In this document: positions 52,074 to 64,000 of the stretch, piece by piece | Position numbering within the stretch: the first letter of the stretch is position 1 | Layout of the letters: each line of letters begins with the position of its first letter | Program-made: the position numbers and the translations under genes | The notes under the pieces: generated by a model | What the model saw: only the letters and a program-made list of their open reading frames with translations | Told to the model about the DNA's origin: nothing | The model's database searches: none | NCBI GenBank assembly: GCA_043228905.1 | Contig: JBHGNT010000004.1 | Span: 15,314,001-15,378,000 of the forward strand | Source: Azolla caroliniana | Taxonomy: Eukaryota > Plantae > Polypodiophyta | DNA length: 64,000 nt | Direction: 5' to 3'

Positions 52074-52953
52074 TGTTGTGAATATCCGTCACTATGTGCG
52101 GACCGTGAGGCGGAACCACCAGGGTTATGGACGGGAAGGAAATAGGGCTTACATGCACAACACAAGGAAGTCTTACACAAACAAGGCACGAGTATTTGAA
52201 CGTGTTTGTGAAAAGGAGAGGTGCATGGGCATGCCCGAATCAACCCCTAGTCACAAGGCAAACGAATGCACATGAGGAAGGCTTACACACGGACACACAA
52301 GGAAAAGACTTACTTACACACACGAGAGACAGAGTTTCAAATGCCTTTGTGAAAAGGGAGGTGCATGGGCAAGCCCGAACACTCCCTTGTTACAAAACAC
52401 GCGAACACACAAGCAAGGTTTATACACGGGAGACACAATTTTGAACGCCTTTGTGAAAGGAGAGGTGCATGGGCAAGCACGAACGCTCCCTTGCCAGAAG
52501 TCGCACGAACACACAAGCAAGGTTTACACACAGGAGACACAATTTCGAACGCCTTTGTGAAAGGAGAGGTGCATGGGCAAGCCCGAACACTCCCTTGCCA
52601 CAAGTCATACGAACACACAAGCAAGATTTACACTAACACACAAGACATGTAAGTTTGAATGCCTTTGTGAAAGGAGAGGTGCATGGGCAAGCCCGAAACA
52701 CTCCCTTGCCACAAGACACACAAACAAATAAGCACAAAGATGATAACATGTAAGACATGTAGGTTTGACTACCTTTGTGAAAGGAGAGGTGCATGGGCAA
52801 AGCCCGAAATGCTCCCTTGTCACAAGACACACAAACAAATAAACACAAATGACGATAACAAATAAGCACAATCAAGATTTACACATAAGTCAAGTAGATG
52901 AAAGAAAACATTAGTTTATATCAATATAATATATTCTTTTATAATATAAGAAT
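52074..52953 (-). mobile_element. Partial LTR related to the Trp-primed Gypsy, containing a tandem array
   Basis: Start TGTTGTGAATATCCGTCACTATGTGCGGACCGTGAGGCGGAACC closely resembles 5675 onward. Six copies of a TTTGTGAAAGGAGAGGTGCATGGGCAAGCCCGAA-type core at ~52205, 52346, 52450, 52554, 52664 and 52774. Confidence 0.75.
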
Positions 52954-55325
52954 TGTTAACGATTGCTTGCGGAAGCTTTAGAAAGAACAATACACAAAGA
53001 GAGACAGAGAGAGCGGACACACTATTCTTCAAAATTATATGAATACTCTGTGATTTGTGTCTACAACACGCTCATCAACGCTATTTATACAAGTCCACAC
53101 AAGACTGTTAGAAGTACGGTGTACTTCAATGCTCACACGAGCATCTGACAATAACTACGAGACTATACTAGGCTTCCGGTTACGGATTGGATCCGGCATA
53201 CCGGCTCCCCAGCTCACTGGTCCTTACTGCTTACCGGCTCGGTTGCTTACCGGCATACCAATTCATTTCGCTTATCAGCCGATCCGGCTCCGGTTGAGCT
53301 TGCCGCTCAACACTCCCCCTCAAGCTCAACCTAAGGTAGGGTCGTAGTGTCAACCTCTATGGCAGCTGGTTCTTCCAACCGACTTCTCCTAGCGTCGCTT
53401 CGCCTTGCTTGCACTCCTTGTCCGGTCCGGTCCCGTTTGCCACGACCCCCTTGGTTCTACGCGCCTCGACCTTCGGCATGTCTGCTCAATAGGCCCATCT
53501 CAGCTCCTTCGCTGCTATGACTCCGGCGCTTGCCAATCCGTCGGTTCCTCCGCGATGGCATCGACTTCCGCTGCGTCCGTGTCTCCTTGGCCTCTCGTTG
53601 ATCCGACTCATCCGGATCCGTCTGTTGATCCGAATCGGCTGTCTCCGACTCGTTCCAGCTCTTGTTCGAATCAGTATCCTCCGATTCGATTTTCGGCTTC
53701 AGGCCTCTCACCACATCGGACCACATCCGGGTCTTGGCCTTCTCCGTGCTTCCCTTGGCTTCTTCAGCCGGTTCACCGAAGTCAAATTCTTCATTCGACT
53801 CCGCATCATGGCCATTACGATCGTGATGACCTCCGCATAGCATGCACTTCTCTTCCTGAGTGTACACTTCTTCTTCACAGCCGCTCACTCCGACCTGTTC
53901 GGATGTGCCGACTTCCTTCGTCGACTTGGCTTCATTTTTCTTCTTGTCTCCACCTCTACCGGTTCTTCTCTTACCTACGGGTTCAACAGTTTTTTTGCCT
54001 TTGCCCGTTTCGAGTAGTGTCTTTGCCCTTGCGTCTCCCCCTCAAGTGCGGCACGTCGAGATGCTGAACACCAAGCATTTCGGTAAAATGTTGCAACTTG
54101 TCCGACCCGAGCGGCTTGGTGAAGATGTCGGCAACTTGCCGATCCGTGTGAACATACCGTAGTTCAACTTCACCGCCCAGGACCTGCTCACGCACGAAGT
54201 GATAATGCACTTTTATGTGCTTTGTGTGAGCATGGAACACAGGGTTCTTGGCGAGCTGCATGCTCCTGAGGTTATCGCAGTAGATCAGGATTGGGGTCGG
54301 TACCTCGATCCGCAGGTCTTGCAGTAGTCGCCGAAGCCAAATGGCTTCGCAGGTGGCAACGGTCGCGCCCCGATATTCAGCCTCAGTGTTGGATAGAGCC
54401 ACTGTTGGCTGCTTTTTGCTGCTCCACGCAACAACCGCGCTCCCAAGAGAAAACATAAAGCCGAATGTTGAGCGACGATCCGTTGCATCGCCAGCCCAGT
54501 CGGCATCCGTGTAGCCGACAAGCTCTTTGGTTATACCTTGCCGGTATAAGAGCCCCCGGTCCTTAATGCCGCTTACATACCTCAGTATTCGTTGCGCGCA
54601 CCGAAGGTGCTCCACGGTCGGCTTTTGCATGAATTGGCTTACCACTCCGACCGGATAACTAATGTCGGGTCGGGTGATGGTCAAGTAGATCAGGCTTCCG
54701 ACTATTTGTCGGAACCGTTTCTCATCGCAGGCTGGTCCGGAGTTGGGACGGATCTTCTGATTCCGGTCCAGGGGTGTGGAGACAAGTTGGCATTCCGTCA
54801 TGCCAAATTTGTACAATATATTCCACACATAATGGCGTTGAGAAAGTAATATGCCGTCGGGGGTGCGGATCACCTCGATCCCCAAAAAATAATGAAGGTC
54901 CCCCAAGTCCTTCATATCAAATGCGTCCGACAACTGGGACTTAACGCGGTTGATTTTCGGAAGACCTGGGCCGGTGATGACTAAATCATCAACATAGAGT
55001 AAGATACATACCAGACCGTTTGAGCCTTGACGGATGAACAGGGAAGAGTCTGACTTAGAGGCAACAAACCCCATCTTTCGCAACCGGTGCGTGATCTTAG
55101 CATTCCACGCATGGGGGGCTTGCTTCAAGCCGTACAACAACTTCCTCAGCCGGTATACTGCCGACTTGTTCACCTCCGACTGAAATGTGGGGGGCTGAGT
55201 CATAAAAACTTCTTCTTCAAGATCTCCTTGAAGGAAGGCATTCTTCACATCCATCTGATGAAGATGCCACCCCCTTGCCGCAGCAACCGCTAGTACCACA
55301 CAAACCGTCGTCATCTTCGCTACAG
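52954..55325 (-). mobile_element. Ty1/Copia element C (same family as A and B), 3' part: RT, RNase H, tail, PPT, LTR 52954-53312
   Basis: ORF 53983-55314 with [17 protein letters not shown] and ADIFTK; PPT at 53313-53321; LTR termini as in A and B. Confidence 0.9.
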
Positions 55326-57048
55326 GAGTTCGTCGAGTTGTTTCTTCCTACCAGAGGTGGGCGTCTGCGTCATTGCTTGGCTTGGGGTGGGAGTGTTGCG
55401 ATAGGGAAACAATATTGTCAAGTATTGCGCGATGATGGAGATCGTTTTCTTCCCCGCCTGGAGAGCGATTAGCCCAGCCCATAATGTCGCACCACGATCA
55501 TCGTATATTGGCCGATCATCATCCCGAAACCAATGCATTTGCCGATTTCTATCATCTTGGTAGTCGTCATGTGGCTCTATCTACCTTACTCGAGCTTCAA
55601 CTTTGTTCAGCTGATTATATTTGCATTGATCGATGGTATGTGCCTTTGAATGGAAAATTAGACGGTGTGTGCGTAATGTGCATTCAATTGTAGAATGCCC
55701 TAGATTCAAACATGTCGTGCATTGAATTGCCTATCGGAACCTTAATTCTTTGGGAGTTGGTAAGGACTTTTGTAATGATACCATAGACATAGTATTATTT
55801 GTTTGTGTTTTATCCATTATGAGTGCTTTGTCAATCACTTGCTCTAGTGATTGATCTTTAAAATCGAACATGGCTAACATTTTCCAAAGTGGCTCTCATA
55901 GTGCCAACAAGAAAGTACCTTTCACATCTTCTTCTGGAAGGGGTTGTGCTAACTGCCACCAAAGGTTTTGAAACCGAATAATGAATTGTGGAAGAGTCTC
56001 ATGGGCTTCTTGATAAGCCTCATAGAAGGATTACGATAAGCCAAAGAATTAACAATGTTGTCTTCCCTATTGATACTGCATGATGTTCGAAGGTGGCCAA
56101 GAAAGCTCCCGCATCTTGGACCTCGTCATCTGCAAAAGCAAATTGAAAAGTCGTATTGGCTATAAAAAAACTTCCAACAATACGAACAGGATCTGTGTTC
56201 CCTCTAATACATAAAAAATCAACCCTCACTAGAGCGCCAAAATGATGAGGAGAGATAGAAAAAGGATAGAGAATAGAAGAGGAAGAGCAAAGAATACTTC
56301 AATATACCATTAGGAAAACAATACCATCTTCTTAGACTCTAAAAATAAATAACTATTTTAATCTCAATGACACTAGTTTTTCCTTCTTCTCTCTTTCTTC
56401 TACTAAGCGTCTTCTCACTTCTTCTAATCTTCTTATTCTTCCTTCTCCCCCAATTCCTAAGAATACCCTCCTATTTATAGGTTTTTAGTTGCATTATTCT
56501 TGCTTTTTTCTTTTCTTTTCTTTTTAAATATATATGAGGCGTTTTTTTATATCGTTATTTCTCCTTTGTCATCCCAAATTTGTCCTAAAAGACTTTTTTG
56601 GAGAGCTCTTTTTATCAACTTTTTTATGCATATTTTCTTTTGAAATTTGGATACCTAATGAAGAAGTTATGAGTTTTTTTTCTTTGCCTAAATCTTCATA
56701 TCCACGGCTTGCTTTTTCTACCTTTTTCCCTGCTTCTTTCTTTCTCTTTCTTTTCTACTTTTTTCTACTTTTGAAAAACGCCTCTAACTTTATATGCAGT
56801 TAAGTTCCTTCTTCCATTAACACTTGATCCTTTCATATTGCTCTTTATTATTAGTCATCTTAGCATCCAACATATTTGTAACAGTCTTTTCTTACTAACA
56901 AATATTGACTTCACATATATTAACCTAGATTTTATTGAATGCAATCCTTTTAGTTCATTTTATTTCAATAAGCAACCTATCTCCATAAGATGCATATTTA
57001 CACAAATATTTTTATTTTACACCTCTCACTAAATGTGAATGAACATCA
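55326..57048 (-). mobile_element. Gypsy gag fragment related to 49535-52073, with a TGGCG-type PBS (~56228-56239) and a probable LTR from 56243
   Basis: Minus strand reads HETLPQFIIRFQNL...AIQCTTCLNLGHSTIEC, homologous to ORF 50858-51358. The distal LTR end at 57048 (CATCA) is tentative. Confidence 0.65.
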
Positions 57049-57125
57049 ATGTGTGCAAGCATTACAACAAAAACGAAGTGCACTAATAGTGCACTTTATG
57101 TTTTGTAGTGCTTGCACACATTGAT
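57045..57125. repeat. ~80-bp inverted repeat (foldback)
   Basis: ATCAATGTGTGCAAGCA...AAGTGCACTA-A-TAGTGCACTT...TGCTTGCACACATTGAT. Confidence 0.9.
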
Positions 57126-59067
57126 TTTTTAATTTTTTTAATTTATTGTGAATGTGAATGAGTGAGTTTGAAAATGTGAACATGGAACATGAAGTGAGTT
57201 TGAAAATATGAATGTGTTATTGTGTCATTTCTTCTTGTGTTGGCTGATGATCCATAGAGAGTTAACTTTACTTGGAACATGAGTGACTTGCATATTAAAT
57301 TGACAATCAAACATAGCCCAAATGCTAAGAGCTACTTTACTTCAACAAAAGTGGTAAGGGCTCGATGCTAATTAAAAGGATCATAGAGTAAAAGATCTAC
57401 AATTGCAAAAGACGGGATTTCATCATGTTGTAACTTGTAAATGCGAAAACAATGATATAATAATTGTGGAAGCTAAGTGATCATATTAAGAGTTCTAGAA
57501 AAACAAATGTTCAATCTGGCAACTAAAGCAAGAAGTTCACTTGCATCAATCAAAGTTTGCAAATGTTTAGTTATATACTAGTTCACAAAGGTACGATCAA
57601 CAACTGTTGGTTAAGTGTTTGATGATGACAAATTTACACCTTGCAAGTATAAAGCAAGTAAAGGATGAGAAGTACAAGTGGGTGCTAAGAGCTACAATTG
57701 CAAAAGACGAGAATTCATCATGTTGTAATTTGTACATGTGAAAACAATGATACAGTAATTGTGGAAGCTAAGTGACCATCATTTAGAAAAAGAAGTGAGC
57801 AAATCACAAGGATGCATGGGGCCCTATGATGACAACATTGTTAATTTTTTGGCTATAGGAACATGTCATCAAGAGACCATTCTTTGACTTGTATTTCCAC
57901 AAATTAGCTAGTATTTGCTTCCAATATTGTTTTGAGCTACAAAATCACTTTCCAAGCAAAGTCATGGATATGTGTATTCAAGCTATTTTGAACTAGACAA
58001 GCATTAAATAAATAACTCTTTTGACTTTCTATAAAGACCTATTTGGTTGTATCATGTTGCCAAAATAGTTCAAGGGCATTTCACCTAAAATTCTCACATG
58101 CATTCTTGGCAAAGAAATCAATGATAGAAATTTTGATTGCACCATGCATAGGCCACATTGCAAATTTCCAATGCATCAACTTTTCATCTTTTCAAGTTCT
58201 CAACTTGCTTGATCTTTGGAAGGAATATTGCACATTAGAGGATATCCAAGATGGACAACAATCTTATTTGGAATGTCATCAATGAATTATGTAAAGAAGA
58301 ATCTTAAGAGTTATAGAAAAACAAATGTTTAATCTAGCATCAATCAAAGTTTGCAAATGTTTAGTTATATACTAGGGCACGAAGGTACAATCCATAACAT
58401 ATGGTTAAAAGTGTTTGATGATGTCAAATTTACACCTTTTAGACTATTATGGCACCATGGACACATTTAATAATTAAGGTGTTGAATTCAATACCACTAT
58501 TAGGGCCCCTAAAATGTAAATGAAGTGTAAAGTGACTACATACCCTAAACCAAATGTCGAAACCCAAAAAAAGAAAGAAGTTGAAGAAGAAGAAAACCAA
58601 AAAGAAAGAAGAAGATTGGAACTCGACACCTATAGGCTATCATATCCTAAGAATAACGAATAGACCCTTCACTTTAACTTATTAATATGCTATTTTATTA
58701 CTTCAAGATTTGTGAACTTTTTGATATCAAGCTTTGAGCGAGCTCTTGGTGGTAGAGGTTGTGAGAGAGCCGGGCTCGTGGTGGCAAAGTCAGGCGACAT
58801 ATGTTGTCAACGTTTTATCCACATCGGACGGTGCAAATCGCACGCGCCCCTCGCCTGCCTACATGCTTTGCACCACCGTCCATGCCCGCGAATCGTGATT
58901 CCCTCGTTTGCCCTCTTTAGTGTTTGGTAGTATGTATGTATGTATGTATGTATGTATGTATGTATGTATGTAGTTAGACAGGAGCACATAAGCCCCAAGC
59001 TAAGCTAAGTAAGTGTCGACATACATACATACATATGTACATATATATACATACATTATTTTACATG

Positions 59068-59098
<31 letters not shown>

Positions 59099-59345
59099 GT
59101 ATACTGTTATACATATATTTCTAATAGGCTTTGGAGGACGACAATCGATCGGTGTTTTCCGTGGACGATTGATTCATAGTCAGTCTAATGATTAATCACT
59201 AACTCTACTCTCTGTCCTTCCTTCCCTTCCTTCCTTCCTTCCTGCAGAGTGAGTGAGTGAGTGAGTGTCTCGGGTTCCGATTCAGAGAGAGAGCTCCTCG
59301 CCATCCAGAGAAGCATATCCATTCCATTCCATTCCATTCAATTCC

Positions 59346-63524
<4,179 letters not shown>

Positions 63525-64000
63525 GTATGCCACACTTTTTCTTTTCTTTTCAAAGTTGAATATTGTACTTTTACCTTGGTTGATTAGTGAGCAAGTTCAC
63601 GTGACATATCTGCATTAAGAAATGTATATATTAATAAAATTTTTCCCATATGCATCACTCAAATCAAATATGAATGGAAGGAAGAAACCAAAATGCTTGA
63701 GTTTTGATTATTTTCCTAACACCCATGGTCAATAGAAAAAGAGCATGATTCCTTAAATGGAACATATAATTGAGGAAAAAGGAAGAAATGCTATAGTTCA
63801 TTAGATGGCACATATAATTGCTCTTTTGAGGGCTGATCAGGGTCATAGGTGTAGAAAAATCAGTAGATTAGGAAAAACGAGTTCGTGATTACAAAGATGT
63901 AGAATGGTTTATATAACCAATATGTACAGGTAGATGGAAACCAACAATCACCTAATTAGGTTCACATTATTCTAACTATGTTCACAGCAAAGCTTTCATA

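Noticed and set aside
52200-52830. CRISPR array or hammerhead ribozyme array (hairpin followed by GAAAC in one copy)
   Set aside because: The linkers are homologous to each other, and no CUGANGA core precedes the hairpin on either strand.
53405-54067. 220-aa plus-strand ORF, and similar antisense ORFs over TEs
   Set aside because: Shadow frames of low-complexity TE coding sequence, with no recognisable domain.
57340-58440. Dispersed direct repeats (e.g. GCATCAATCAAAGTTTGCAAATGTTTAG at ~57543 and ~58337)
   Set aside because: Real, but no termini, TSD or coding signal could be assigned. Probably decayed TE sequence.
63930-63960. Possible terminal CCT exon after TACAG
   Set aside because: The short peptide does not resemble the expected CCT continuation; unsupported.

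Overview
Eukaryotic land-plant DNA, probably a fern or other non-seed plant. This is inferred from the TE repertoire and gene style and is not proven. About 70% of the window is two nests of LTR retrotransposons (1-29935 and 43733-~57050). Each nest sits in a decayed non-LTR (RTE-X-like) element. Left nest: a tRNA-Trp-primed Gypsy inside a Copia, inside a Tcn1-like chromovirus, inside Copia A. Copia A also carries a complete chromovirus (12263-27269), which holds a very young sister element (13918-20955) and a solo LTR. There are three intron-containing host genes: an ACR11/12-type ACT-domain protein (+), a KHZ-type CCCH/KH RNA-binding protein (-) and a choline-phosphate cytidylyltransferase (+, runs off the window). 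The main leads are: (i) an apparent ~1.55 kb leader intron in both sister chromoviruses, holding conserved non-coding blocks and repeat arrays; (ii) a Copia family whose pol continues past an internal PPT-like motif into a charged tail with a conserved WSDVV(K/R)GLK motif; (iii) a Trp-primed Gypsy family, one relative with a 4-bp TSD and another with an array of hairpin units in its LTR; (iv) an LTR flanked by a 23-bp duplication. Coordinates were read by eye and may be off by a few bases.
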